A stretch of DNA of 64,000 nucleotides from Gammaproteobacteria bacterium (GCA_963662545.2 CAXXLL010000002.1:672001-736000); one strand, 5' to 3'. Positions 32,254-42,878 are shown, numbered from the stretch's first letter. Numbers and translations: made by a program. The notes: generated by a model not told the origin, from the letters alone.

Positions 32254-33311
32254 GGCCGATCTCCCTGCTGGGAGTCGAGATTCATCAGCAATGGCAGGAT
32301 GCTGCGCGTCTGTTCATCGACAATGATCTTGGAGCGTATGCCCGGCATGACGTCCTGCAGGGTCTCGATATAGATGCGGCGGCGAGTGACCTCTGGGGCC
32401 TTGCTGTATTCGGCCAATAAGGCACTGAACCGAGCGACATCGCCTTCCGCTTCATTGATTCGCTTGAGACGGTAGCCGTCGGCCTCGCGAATGCGCTGAT
32501 CCTTCTCTCCCTCGGCCAGCGGGATCACCTTGTTGTATTCGCGCCGGGCTTCGTTGATCAGCTTCTCTTTCTCCTGCTGGGCCTGGTTGACTTCGTTGAA
32601 TGATTCCTGCACTGGTTCGGGCGGATTGATGTTCTTCAACTGCACTTGGTCAATGCTGATCCCCATCGCGTACTTGGTTGAGAGCGCCTGCATCTTGATC
32701 AGCGTTTCCGTTTCGATTTCCTGTCGGCCGATGGTAATCACCTCGTCCACGGTGCGATCGCCGACGACTTCCCGCATGACGGATTCGGAAACGTAGCGCA
32801 GGGTTTCACTCGGTTCCCGAACCTCGAAAAGGAATTTAACGGGATCCGAAATGCGGTATTGAACCACCCATTCCACCAACGCAGCGTTCAGGTCACCGGT
32901 CACCATCTCCGTTTCCCGCTTTTCATCGTGTGAACTCTGGTACGGATCGCTGGCGCCTGGGGTCGTGAACCCGAATTCCTGCTTCAGCTGCCGTTTGACA
33001 GGAACGATCGTTGCCACATCAATACCCAGTGGCAGCTTGAAATGCAGTCCCGGCGGAACGTCCTTGAGATATTTACCGAAACGTTGCACGACAGCGACAG
33101 AGTCGCTCGGCACAGTGTAATAGGCCGTCCATGCGCCTAGGGCGGCCAGAGCGAGGACGGCAAGGACGATTACTCCGCGCGGGCCACCACTCGGCATGAC
33201 CTGCTTGAGCAGATCCTGCCCCTGCCGGACCAGATCCTGAATATCGGGAGGAGATGACCCCCGGCTATCCCGTGGGCCGCCCCGCCCGCCGTTACCTTTC
33301 TGCGGTGGCAT
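32250..33311 (-). CDS. hflK: FtsH modulator HflK
   Basis: PGLHFKLPLGID, MVTGDLN, NPPEPVQESFNEV, APEVTRRRIYIET. Confidence 0.92.
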   Translation of the reverse strand: MPPQKGNGGRGGPRDSRGSSPPDIQDLVRQGQDLLKQVMPSGGPRGVIVLAVLALAALGAWTAYYTVPSDSVAVVQRFGKYLKDVPPGLHFKLPLGIDVATIVPVKRQLKQEFGFTTPGASDPYQSSHDEKRETEMVTGDLNAALVEWVVQYRISDPVKFLFEVREPSETLRYVSESVMREVVGDRTVDEVITIGRQEIETETLIKMQALSTKYAMGISIDQVQLKNINPPEPVQESFNEVNQAQQEKEKLINEARREYNKVIPLAEGEKDQRIREADGYRLKRINEAEGDVARFSALLAEYSKAPEVTRRRIYIETLQDVMPGIRSKIIVDEQTRSILPLLMNLDSQQGDRP

Positions 33312-33674
33312 TGGGATACCCTCTCTTGTGCACACTATAGGCGCGTGTTGGCAGCACGTTATCGAACCCGCTAAGAACGAAGGGCCTCCTGAAGGTCACT
33401 GTCATCTTGCTCGCGCGTATCGTCATTTGATACCTCCTGGTATACTTCGTCAAAACCTTTCGGACGAAAGGTGCTCGAAATTAAGAGCGTATCCGACTCA
33501 TCAAGTTTGCCATTCAAGCTGCCTTGCGTTTGTAGTGTAACTGCCGGCTCTGTTCAAACGGGTGCCGATTGATATTCTGTCGTATCGATAAAATTTTCTC
33601 GCCTCGTCCATAGTAAACGTCGGCCGGTGTGACGTTATTGTACTGACCTTTTCTCAGCGACGTTAGCGAGAATC

Positions 33675-33990
33675 GATGTCCGCTCAGGGTCCAGTCCGCT
33701 CTCCAGTGTGAAAACTCAAAAATACGACGACGAAATAAAAATATTCCCCACCAGCATAGTTGTTATGCCCCTCGAATAGGGATCGGCATTTCAATTAGAT
33801 CCAATTTCGAGGGTAGTTCCCCCACTTTTGAAAAATGAAAATAGTTTTCACACACTCTGGGTCGTCAGCCGCCTTATCGCGGCAGTGCAGCACTGCTCTA
33901 GATTACGTCTGGAGTTCCCTCGATAGCGGTCATCCCGACGATTCCAATGCAGTGCTGAGGGAGGGGGCGGCTCACGGCCACAAGCGGCCA
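33675..33990 (+). repeat. Three-box array repeat R13 (MITE in box 1)
   Basis: GATGTCCGCTCAGGGTC[MITE]GGTCGTCAGCCGCC..GCAGTGCAGCACTGCTCTAGATTACGTC..GGCTCACGGCCACAAGCGGCC. Confidence 0.92.
33692..33859. mobile_element. MITE related to 144-303, left TIR damaged
   Basis: GTGTGAAAACTCAAAAATACGA.. / AGTTTTCACACACTCTG; GGTC duplication. Confidence 0.85.
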
Positions 33991-34079
33991 TCGCGACCAG
34001 GCAAAAGGCAAGATCTGACCCTTAGAATCTAATATTGCTTCGGACCGGACACGGAATGCACTGAGCCGGAATTAGATTT

Positions 34080-34223
34080 GCTCGGCGCGACGATCTGACC
34101 GTCTGCATTCGCTGAGACCTGACTGCCGATGAAAAGCAGATTATCGACGAGCCAAACCTGCGAGATTGAGACTGGTATCGGCCAGTCCCAGTGACCGGTA
34201 GGCATCAATCGCTTATTCCGCAC
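34080..34223 (-). pseudogene. RidA family 5' fragment
   Basis: MPTGHWDWPIPVSISQ..VDNLLFIGSQVS; truncated. Confidence 0.65.
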
Positions 34224-34246
34224 TTCCCGTCCCTCCTAATCTTTAT

Positions 34247-35631
34247 GGGTCTACGCGGAAACGTGTGGGTTGATATTGGCATTTCTGGGTAGTGGCGGAA
34301 GAAATGCCGCAATGATTTTCAGTTTGAGGAATTCCTCATCACGATAGCCATAGGCGCGTCGTTGCAGGACCCGGATTTTGTTGTTGACCCCTTCGACCAA
34401 TCCAAGACTGACTTTATTCTTAGCATCACAATAGGAAGCAATGCCATCCCAATGGGATTCAATCAGCTCAGCAAACTTGCGATACGGCGCCAATCGCTGC
34501 CATTTCAGACTGTCCTTCCAGCGCTCGAAAAAGGCACGCGCGCCGCGCTCGGTACGGTAGTCCCAGAGTTGGCCGAAGGTTTCCTTGAGGACGTAGGCGG
34601 TGTTCAGACGCCGGTTGGCCTGGAGCAGTTTTTTCAGGGCTCGTCTGCCATCCAGATTCAGGTTCTCGCGTCGCGAGAGCAAGGTATATCGCTGGCCTTT
34701 GATGTAACTCCTGTCCTTGCCGCGGAGACGTTTGTATTCACGGCGCCGGACTTCATCGAGAGCCTTTGAGAGGTGGCGCATGATATGGAACTTGTCATAG
34801 ATGATCCGCGCCTGCGGTGCGTTGTTCATGACCGAGTTACGGAACGGCTTCCACATGTCCATCGCCGCCAGTTCGATGCGAGCGCTCTTGTTCTCGCCCA
34901 ATGCCTGGAAAAACAGGTCGATGTCAGCCTCTTTGCGACCTTCACCACCGACCCAGATAGGACGCCCCCGATCCAGGTCACTGACGATGACCCGGTAGTT
35001 ATGTCCTTTGCGGATGGAGATCTCATCAATACCGATGGCCCGGGGTGCTGGCATGCCCGCCAGCTCAACCTGCTTTTGCATGTACAGCTTATCGAGGTCT
35101 TTCACCGTGCTGTGGTGCAGGCGTTCCCTCTCGGCGACAGCCTGGTTCGGCATGTCCCGGCACAGCTTGCCCACCTGCATGGCAAAGCGCTGCGTATAGC
35201 GAGGGTTCTTTGCCAGCCAGTCAAGATGTTCTACCTGCACGCCGCCGCACCTCCGGCAACTGACACGCCAGCGTTCGAACTCCAGGTAGATTCGCCATCC
35301 GGCAACTGACAGGTCTCGTACTCGCAGCACCTTCTTGTCGTAACGCCCGCGGCACCGGTGAGCACAGTGAGAACAGATCGCTGTTTTTTTCGCCTCTTGA
35401 GTTGGATCACACGGGCATACCGATCACCAAACATGCCCACCAATTTCGATGCGGCGGTAAAACCAGGGAACGCAAACAGCGCTCGGATCGACTTGGGATT
35501 CTTCATGGCCCTAGCCTACCCACAAAATGAAACCACTTTCACCCCATACGAAATCTCTGAATGTCTACATGATTTCAATGGTTTACACTTGGTCTAATTC
35601 AGAATTTACCCATATGAATCCGCGTAGACCC
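34247..35631 (-). mobile_element. ISL3-family element (transposase 35506 to 34251 via an A7 frameshift)
   Basis: TIR GGGTCTACGCGGA; 8-bp duplication ATCTTTAT; GIDE, AMDMW, DKFH, EGVNNKI. Confidence 0.93.
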
Positions 35632-35668
35632 ATCTTTATAATACCCAGTTCATCCGGGACCGACCTGC

Positions 35669-36715
35669 ATGCAAGACATCGATCACACTCGACGCGCCAT
35701 GTTGCAGATGTCGGCCGCGAGCGCGCTCCTTGGTGTACTTACTGTGCCGTGCGTCGCCGCGCGGGCAGGTGGGTTCAGCGTGAATCTGTACGTCGACGAT
35801 CATTTGGCTGCTTACGGTTTCCCCGACGGACACCCGTTGGGTATCGATCGGCAAGGCGCGTTTCTGCGCGAGGCGCGCAACCAGGGCTTGGTCACCCGGG
35901 CGACGACGCGGGGCTCGCGCGCTGCTACGCGCGAAGAGCTCGGAAGGTTCCATCACCGCGATTACGTCAGCCGCGTGTCTACGGCGGAGGAAAGCGGTCT
36001 CGTTCTGCTGGACGGCGGCGATACGCCCGTTTTCCCCGGCGTCTATTCCACGTCAGCGCATATCGTCGGCGCCGCCCTCGATGGTGTGGAACAGTTGATG
36101 AAAGCGCACAGCCAGCGCACCCTGCAACCCATCGGCGGATTGCATCACGCGGCACGCGGTCACGCTTCGGGATTTTGCGTGTTCAACGACCCCGGAGTGG
36201 TGATCGAAACACTACGAGAAGTTTATGGCATCAGGCGCGTCGGTTATCTCGACATCGACGTGCATCATGGGGACGGCGTGTTCTACGCATTCGAAGACGA
36301 CCCCGATCTGATCTTCGCGGATATTCACCAGGACGGGCGTACGCTCTTTCCCGGCACGGGCCGAGAGCACGAGACGGGGAAAGGTGCAGCACAAGGCACC
36401 AAGCTCAATATCGAGCTCGCGCCGTATTCAGGGGATCGTGAATTCATGCAGGCGTGGCCGCGGATCGAGGCGCATTTCGAAGAATTCAAACCGGAGTTCT
36501 TCATCTTCCAGTGTGGCGCCGACGGACTGAAGGGTGATCCGCTGGCGCAGCTCCAATATACACCTGCGGTGCATGCGCACGCCGCGAAACGACTGGTTAC
36601 GCTAGCGGATCAATTCGCCAAGGGCCGCATCATGGCGTTCGGCGGCGGTGGCTATGATCGCACTAACCTCGCCCACGCTTGGAGCGCCGTGCTGCGGGAG
36701 TTCGTCGGCAGTTAA
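35669..36715 (+). CDS. Histone deacetylase/AcuC family hydrolase with Tat-like N-terminus
   Basis: GGLHHA, GFCVFND, DIDVHHGDG, GGGGY; TRRAMLQ plus hydrophobic stretch. Confidence 0.88.
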   Translation: MQDIDHTRRAMLQMSAASALLGVLTVPCVAARAGGFSVNLYVDDHLAAYGFPDGHPLGIDRQGAFLREARNQGLVTRATTRGSRAATREELGRFHHRDYVSRVSTAEESGLVLLDGGDTPVFPGVYSTSAHIVGAALDGVEQLMKAHSQRTLQPIGGLHHAARGHASGFCVFNDPGVVIETLREVYGIRRVGYLDIDVHHGDGVFYAFEDDPDLIFADIHQDGRTLFPGTGREHETGKGAAQGTKLNIELAPYSGDREFMQAWPRIEAHFEEFKPEFFIFQCGADGLKGDPLAQLQYTPAVHAHAAKRLVTLADQFAKGRIMAFGGGGYDRTNLAHAWSAVLREFVGS

Positions 36716-36907
36716 AGATTCGCCCGCAAGCGTGCGTATGAAGGATCAATTTGTGCCTGACATCCATCGCGGAAAGTTTAGACGTCGTTACACTTCAACC
36801 GGCGCATCCGGCCTACTGGATCAACAAGACGAATCGAAATCTAATCAGACACTGACCGCTATCTCACCCGCCACAGGGATTGGTGTCAGGTCTTGCCTTT
36901 TGCCCGT

Positions 36908-37033
36908 GATATCCGGAATGGGTCAGCGGCCTGATCGCGGCAGTGGAGGAGTGCTCTAGATTATGTCTGCAGTACCCTCCATAGCGGTCGCGCAGTAGCG
37001 TTCAACAGAACGTTAATGGAGCTGTTCGGCTCC
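36908..37033 (+). repeat. Three-box array repeat R14
   Basis: GGGTCAGCGGCCTGATCGCGGCAGTG..CTCTAGATTATGTCTGCAGTACCCTCCATAGCGGTC. Confidence 0.9.
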
Positions 37034-37162
37034 TATTACCTTGACGGAAATGTAATACAGAAGATTTCACTTAGCAGCCCCGATCAGCTGTCCAATCGAT
37101 GGGGTCCACCTCTCTGGCGGATACGGTGTTAATGGGCACCTATTGTCGGTCACAATAAGGCG

Positions 37163-37948
37163 ATGGGTAGGCACGGCCGGACAAGGAGCGCGGCGGCGTT
37201 CGTCATCGCGGCAGGCGTCTGCTTCAAGCCCGTGGCGGCGGACCTTGCGTCAGGTGAGCCGCAGGAGGATCTCTCAATCGCGGCGTTGGAACGCGAATGG
37301 ACTGAAGGCCGGGGGGAGGTGGTGACTGCACCGGGGGGCTGCAGCCTCGGGCTCCACGTGGAAGAGCGCGGTAGGCGCATCATCGGGATCAGTCCACCGG
37401 CCGTGGGTACGCCCATCGCGCACGGCGACACGCTGGTCGCGGTGAACTCGCTACCCGTGGCCGATGGCGCGGCCTTCGACGCCTTGCTCAGCGGCTTGCC
37501 CGGTGCCGGCGTCGCCACGGTTACCATTGAACGATATCGGAAGCTGCGCGATGTCGAGATAGGGTGTGCGGATCGCGACGCTTGGCGACGCAAACTGATC
37601 GAGGGAATCGATGCGGCGCTCGGCGGCCGTTCTTATGAATGCAGGATTGTCACGCTAGAACTCGACGCTATGGCGGGCCTGCGCACCGGGCACGCAAAGC
37701 TGCGTTATGAATGCGCACAGGCCCGGCGCATTGCCGATGGCCGGGCACGGAGCGCGGACGATGCAATGCTCTATTATGAAATCTACTATCGGCTGGGTGC
37801 GGCGGCACGGTTTTCGGGAGCTTACCGTGAACAGGTGCGCGCCGAGGTCGAGCGTGCTGCGGATCATCTTCGCGGGGAGGGTTTCAGCGCGCTCGCCGCC
37901 GAACTTGAGCGTCTGCTGGAGACTCCGACCCGAACTCGTGAGCGCTAA
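37163..37948 (+). CDS. Hypothetical exported protein with PDZ-like segment
   Basis: LGL..., GDTLVAVNSLPV, VTIER. Confidence 0.65.
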   Translation: MGRHGRTRSAAAFVIAAGVCFKPVAADLASGEPQEDLSIAALEREWTEGRGEVVTAPGGCSLGLHVEERGRRIIGISPPAVGTPIAHGDTLVAVNSLPVADGAAFDALLSGLPGAGVATVTIERYRKLRDVEIGCADRDAWRRKLIEGIDAALGGRSYECRIVTLELDAMAGLRTGHAKLRYECAQARRIADGRARSADDAMLYYEIYYRLGAAARFSGAYREQVRAEVERAADHLRGEGFSALAAELERLLETPTRTRER

Positions 37949-38055
37949 AATGTAGAAGTTCACGCTTGATCGCAATTGGAGAAAAGGGACTGTTTTCTAT
38001 ATCGATTCGGAATACCCGCATCACCGAAAGGAGACGTTGAAATATTTGTGCTTGT

Positions 38056-38141
38056 ACGGCTGGAGTGGGTCCTTTCCGGCCTCCTCGCGGCACCGGAGCA
38101 CTGATTAGGGTTAAGTCTGCAATTCCCTCAGAAGCGGGCAT
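38056..38141 (+). repeat. Array repeat R15 (boxes 1-2 only)
   Basis: GGGTCCTTTCCGGCCTCCTCGCGGCACCGGAGCACTG..GTCTGCAATTCCCTCAGAAGCGGGC. Confidence 0.8.
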
Positions 38142-38160
38142 AAACTTCTTCACACTCTGC

Positions 38161-38193
38161 AAAAGAAAACCCCGCACTGAGGCGGGGCTTCGT
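38161..38193 (-). terminator. Intrinsic terminator-like hairpin
   Basis: AAAAGAAAACCCCGCACTGAGGCGGGG; U-tract on minus strand downstream of the cupin gene. Confidence 0.6.
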
Positions 38194-38330
38194 ATGCTGA
38201 TAAATGACTTGGGAGCGTTCATCGAAACCTGTGACACACGCCGCGGCGGTCTAGAAGGCAAATCGACTTAGATACATATCCATTTAAATGGTTAACTTGT
38301 AAGTACCCAGTCGCGATATCCCGGCTCCCT

Positions 38331-38777
38331 TTAAGCAGCAGCCTTTGCCTTGCTCGCCGAGAAGTGTTGTTCCTTCCCCTGCATCATTTCGAGCGCGGTT
38401 TCGTGGTTCAGGATTTGCGAGACTGATCCGTCTTCGTTGAAGAAGATGCTGGGACCATACGCATTGAACGTGAGCTCCGTTTCTTCGTCGCAGGTCGTGG
38501 TTTCGTGCACGGCACCCGTCGGCTCGTAACCGTAGGCACCCGCGGGAGCTTCTCCCATCCGGTATTTCAGCTTGCCTTTCAGTATCAAGAAGTCCGCAGC
38601 AGCCAGATGTTTGTGCGAAGCAAAGACGGCACCAGGTTGCATGCGAATGATGGCGCTCCAGAAGCCCGTCTCTTCGCTCACCCGCAGCACCTTGATATCA
38701 ACGCCGTCCCCCATTTTTACCCAGGGAAGATCTTCGGTGTGGATCAGGATTTCTGTGTTTTCGGCGGTCGTTGTCAT
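38331..38777 (-). CDS. ChrR-like cupin (2,4'-dihydroxyacetophenone dioxygenase family)
   Basis: DLPWV, RMQPG..FASHKH, YGYEPTGAVH; RBS GGAGG. Confidence 0.82.
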   Translation of the reverse strand: MTTTAENTEILIHTEDLPWVKMGDGVDIKVLRVSEETGFWSAIIRMQPGAVFASHKHLAAADFLILKGKLKYRMGEAPAGAYGYEPTGAVHETTTCDEETELTFNAYGPSIFFNEDGSVSQILNHETALEMMQGKEQHFSASKAKAAA

Positions 38778-38859
38778 AGCGTGCCCTCCAACATTGGGTA
38801 GACGGTCATGATACTGCGGCGGGAGTGGCGATAAAAGAGAACGCGCTGGGGCCCATACC

Positions 38860-40136
38860 ATGGGGTCGTATCCGGCCCCATCGCGGCACTGCAGCACTGC
38901 TCTAGTGTGCTGTCCCGCAAAGAAGTTTCGAAAGTCGGGCGAGTTTTTTCAAGATTGAATCGGCGGTTGCGGTCCATGCGAAAGGCACGGGGTTGGCGTT
39001 GTGCTGAGCAATATAGTGCTCGATACACGCAATGAGTTCTTTCACCTTTCGGAATGAACCGCGCTTGATAGCGCGCTGACTGATGAGACCAAACCAACGT
39101 TCGACCTGGTTGAGCCATGCAGCGTAGGTTGGCGTAAAGTGGACGTGAAATCGAGGTCGGCGAGCGAACCAGGCACGGACTTTCGGATGCTTGTGCGTGC
39201 CATAGTTGTCCATCACCAGATGCACATCCAGGTCGGCCGGAACGTTTTTCTCGAGGTGCTTGAGGAAGGACAGAAATTCCTGATGACGATGCCGCGCTTT
39301 GCACTGCCCGATGACGGTGCCGTTGGCGATATCGAGCGCCGCGAACAACGTGGTCGTGCCGTGCCGGAAGTAATCATGCGTGACGCCCTCGACATAACCG
39401 AGCCCCATCGGCAGAACCGGCTGACTGCGTTCCAGTGCCTGGATTTGGGTTTTTTCATCCACACACAAAACCAGCGCATTATCGGGTGGATTCAGGTACA
39501 AGCCGACGATATCGCGCACTTTCTCGACCAAGAACAGGTCGGTAGAGAGCTTGAACGTGCGGCTGCGATGCGGCTGGATCCCGAACAACGTGAAATAGCG
39601 ATGAACCGTACTCTTCGAGGGCTCGCTCACGCGTGCAAACGAACGGGTGCTCCAATGGGTCGCGTCCTCCGGTTGCTCGCGCAGCGATCAAGCGCGCAAC
39701 CTCATCGTCGTCATACGTCCGCCGACGATGACCCGGCGGCAGGTCATACAATCCGGCGACCCCGTTGGCGATATACCGGCGACACCAATTCGTGACCGTC
39801 GGATTGGACACATCGAGCTTTCTGGCAAGCGCGCTGTTAGACAGCCCATCGGCTGCCATCACGACGATCTTTGCGCGCCGTGCCAGCGCATGCGGCAGAC
39901 TGCGCGACCTCGCGTAACTGTTGAGGACCTCGTGTCCCTCCTCGCTCAGTTTAACCGTAAAGGATCTGGGTCGACCGCTAACCATCGCCTTGCTCCTGCA
40001 TGACACAATAGCCGATCTGATCATCACGACTTATGAAAGTTCATCGTGGGACAGCACACTAGATTACGTCTGCAATCCACTCAAGAGCGGTCGTCGAGTT
40101 GGTATCTTCGCCTTGCCGTGGGTGCACTGCGGCAGT
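38860..40136 (+). repeat. Three-box array repeat R16 (split by IS630 at CTAG)
   Basis: GGGTCGTATCCGGCC..GCACTGCAGCACTGCTCTA[IS]TAGATTACGTCTGCAATCCACTCAAGAGCGGTC. Confidence 0.9.
38905..40059 (-). mobile_element. IS630-family element, transposase frameshifted near 39670
   Basis: TIR GTGTGCTGTCCC; TA duplication; VDEKTQIQAL, MDNYGTH, WLNQVERWF. Confidence 0.92.
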
Positions 40137-40203
40137 CCTCACGCTAAGTTGGTGCATCCCCCGCCGATCGATTCCGAACAGGGTAACCCGGCTCGGCGAT
40201 GAC

Positions 40204-40917
40204 TCAGAGTTCGGCGCGTTTGCTACCCAAATAATCGCTGATCTTCCAGAAATCCCCAGTGAGGCCAATCTCGTCGAGGTATTTCTGCAGATTGTCGATC
40301 CGTGGCATGCGGTAATCTTTAGAGAAGCGATCGAGGCCGCCGATCAATCCTGCCTCGTGCAACGATATGAGGTGGCCGCCTGCGTAATGCGGATTCTCTT
40401 CTCCCCAGCGTTCGACATGTTCTTCAGACCTGAAGAAATTGAGTCCGTTTCAGGCCATTTCCCAGTTGTGAAACCACTCCCGAAAAGGGAGCCCGACATG
40501 GATGCGCAGCTCAGAGTGACTTTGTGCGACGACTTGTCGATCTTTGCAACGGACTTCGAAGGGCTCCCCGCAGTGCGGACAGCACGAGCAGATCAGCGCC
40601 TCATCGTCGGGGAACATGTAGGACAGCCCCAATGCGTCGAGTCCACATACCGTGTAGGCGGTGTGCCCGCCACTGTAAGTCACATGATGGATTGTCGGGA
40701 CATTCGAGTACGGAAAGGCCATCAGCAGGTTCTGTGTACCACGAACGCGGACGATGTCATGCTGCCTTTCCAATTCGTCCAAGACCTCGATCACACGTTC
40801 ACGGCTGATGCTAAAGTGCTGCATCAAGTCGCTTAAGTTGGGCGTGCGGCCTGTTTTGTAACAATGATCGAGAATGTGCAGACGAACAGGCTGCGAGAGT
40901 TCGAGTTTGTAAGGCAA
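40204..40917 (-). CDS. MerB-like organometallic lyase family, probable selenoprotein (UGA at 40450-40452)
   Basis: RBS GGAGG + TTG; MAFPYS, VCGLDALG, CPHCGE; in-frame UGA then NGLNFFRSEEHVERW...GLTGDFW; SECIS-like hairpin. Confidence 0.8.
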
Positions 40918-41050
40918 GTTACTACCTCCTCATGCCGCTGGGGTGAACGTGCGCGGTCAGCGGAACGAGCGCGCGGCTCTACTCGAGTATATAGGCAAGA
41001 AAAGCGGGGTTGTAAGTACAGAAATTTTGGGGTCAGGGTAAAAACCCATT

Positions 41051-42878
41051 AGGACCGCTTCGGGTCCAGAGTGTGTGAAAACTCGGAATGAAGAGGAATC
41101 ACGTCGAGAACTCCTCGTCAGACGCAACGCGGCGCGGTTACGACGGCCGCGCTCGCGGTCCAATGCGATCGGTTAGTTAATGGAACATTCCTTAGAACGG
41201 CCCCAGAAGCCGGCAGTGAAGCCGTGGATCAGGGAGTTTTCGAGGCCACAGAGGGTCTCATGCCGTCATCGCTTCGATGAGCGTAGCGACACCCAGTAGA
41301 TTCATCACGCGTTTCATGTTGTAAGCGAGCACGTGCAGACTCATTTCCGTACCAACGTGTTTCAGCGTGCGCATCTGGAAGTGGGTCGAACCCATCCAGG
41401 ATTTGATCGTGCCAAATGGATGCTCGACCGTCTCTCGGCGGACACGCATAGGGTCAGGTTCACGATCCAATCGCGCCTGCACCGCTTCAACAACCGCTTC
41501 ATGTTCCCAACGGCTGACGCGCCGGTATCGACCCGTTGTGCATTTAGATTTGATCGGGCAGCGGGGACACGCCGAACTCCAGTAGCGCCGGATCTGCTTG
41601 CCTTTCTCCACTCGGGTGAACCGGTAAATCAGTCGCTCACCGGCCGGGCATTCATACGCATCCTCTTCGGGTTGGTAAATGAAGTCGCGCTTGCCAAACA
41701 AGCCCTTCGCCTGGTTACCCGAGGTCTGCGGTTTCGGCAGATAGGTCGTGATGCCGGCTTTAGCGCACGCCAAGATCTCTTCGCCACTGAAGTACCCGCG
41801 ATCCGCAACGACGGTCAACTCCTTCTTATCCAGCGCCTCTTTGGCTTTCTCCGACATGTTCGACAGTTGCGCCCGGTCATGACCTACGTTCGTCACTTCA
41901 TGTGCCACAATCAGATGACTCTTCGTGTCGACCGCCGTCTGCACGTTGTACCCCACCATGCCGCTGCCACGGCCGCTCGTCGCCATCGAGCGCGCGTCCG
42001 GGTCCGTCAGTGAGACCTGATGGTCCGGCGTCTCCTCGAGCCGTACCTCGAGCTTTTTTAGGCGGCCTATCTCTTCCTTCAGTACCTCGATCTTGTCCTT
42101 CAAACGCTGCGACTTGTCACCTGACACCGCACGCTCCTGGCGGTCGGCACTTGCAATTTCCGCCAGGTACCGCTCAACGCTCTCGTCAATCTGCTGCAAC
42201 CGACGTTTCAGCTTCGCCTTCGTGAAGTTCCGGTCACGGTTGTTTACCGCTTTGAACTTGCTGCCATCTATCGCCACGAAGGCTTCCGAAAACAGCTGCA
42301 GCTTACGGCACAGCATCACGAACTCCCGGCATACCAGACGAATGGCGTCACCGTTATCTTTGCGGAAATCGGCAATGGTCTTGAAATCAGGCGCCAGACG
42401 ACCCGTCAGCCACATCAGTTCCACGTTCCGCTGCGCCTCCCGTTCCAGGCGACGGCTCGATTGAACCCGGTTCAGGTAACCGTAGATATAGAGCTTCAGC
42501 ATCGTCGCCGGGTGATACCCCGGTCGACCCGTCTCATGCGCATCGGTTCTGAAACTCAGACCTGACAGATCCAACTCATCGACGAACACATCGATGACCC
42601 GCACCGCACTCTCCTCAGCGACATAATCGTCCAGACACTCGGGAAACAGCGTTGTTTGGCGGCGGTCCGCGCCTTCAATGAACCCGCTCATCAACGACTC
42701 CCCAGGACCGAAAGAGTGATCTTATCTGATGCAGAGTTTTCACACACTCTGGGTCGTCAGCGGTCCCCTAGTCGCAGTGCAGCAATGTTAATCGTCACGT
42801 CTGCAATACACTCATAAGCGGTCTTCTAGTAGCGTTCGACGGCGGGATTATTGTGGACGGCGGCTCTCAGCCGAGGAC
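41051..42878 (+). repeat. Three-box array repeat R17 (split by IS1182-B, inverted)
   Basis: AGGACCGCTTCGGGTC[IS]GGTCGTCAGCGGTC..GTCTGCAATACACTCATAAGCGGTC..GGCGGCTCTCAGCC. Confidence 0.9.
41067..42751 (-). mobile_element. IS1182-family element B, copy 3
   Basis: Same protein and TIRs, opposite orientation; GGTC duplication. Confidence 0.95.

Noticed and set aside
35527-36441. 304-aa Arg-rich ORF
   Set aside because: Alternate frame of the deacetylase gene.
40099-40836. 245-aa plus-strand ORF
   Set aside because: Antisense to the MerB-like gene, which has the RBS and family motifs.
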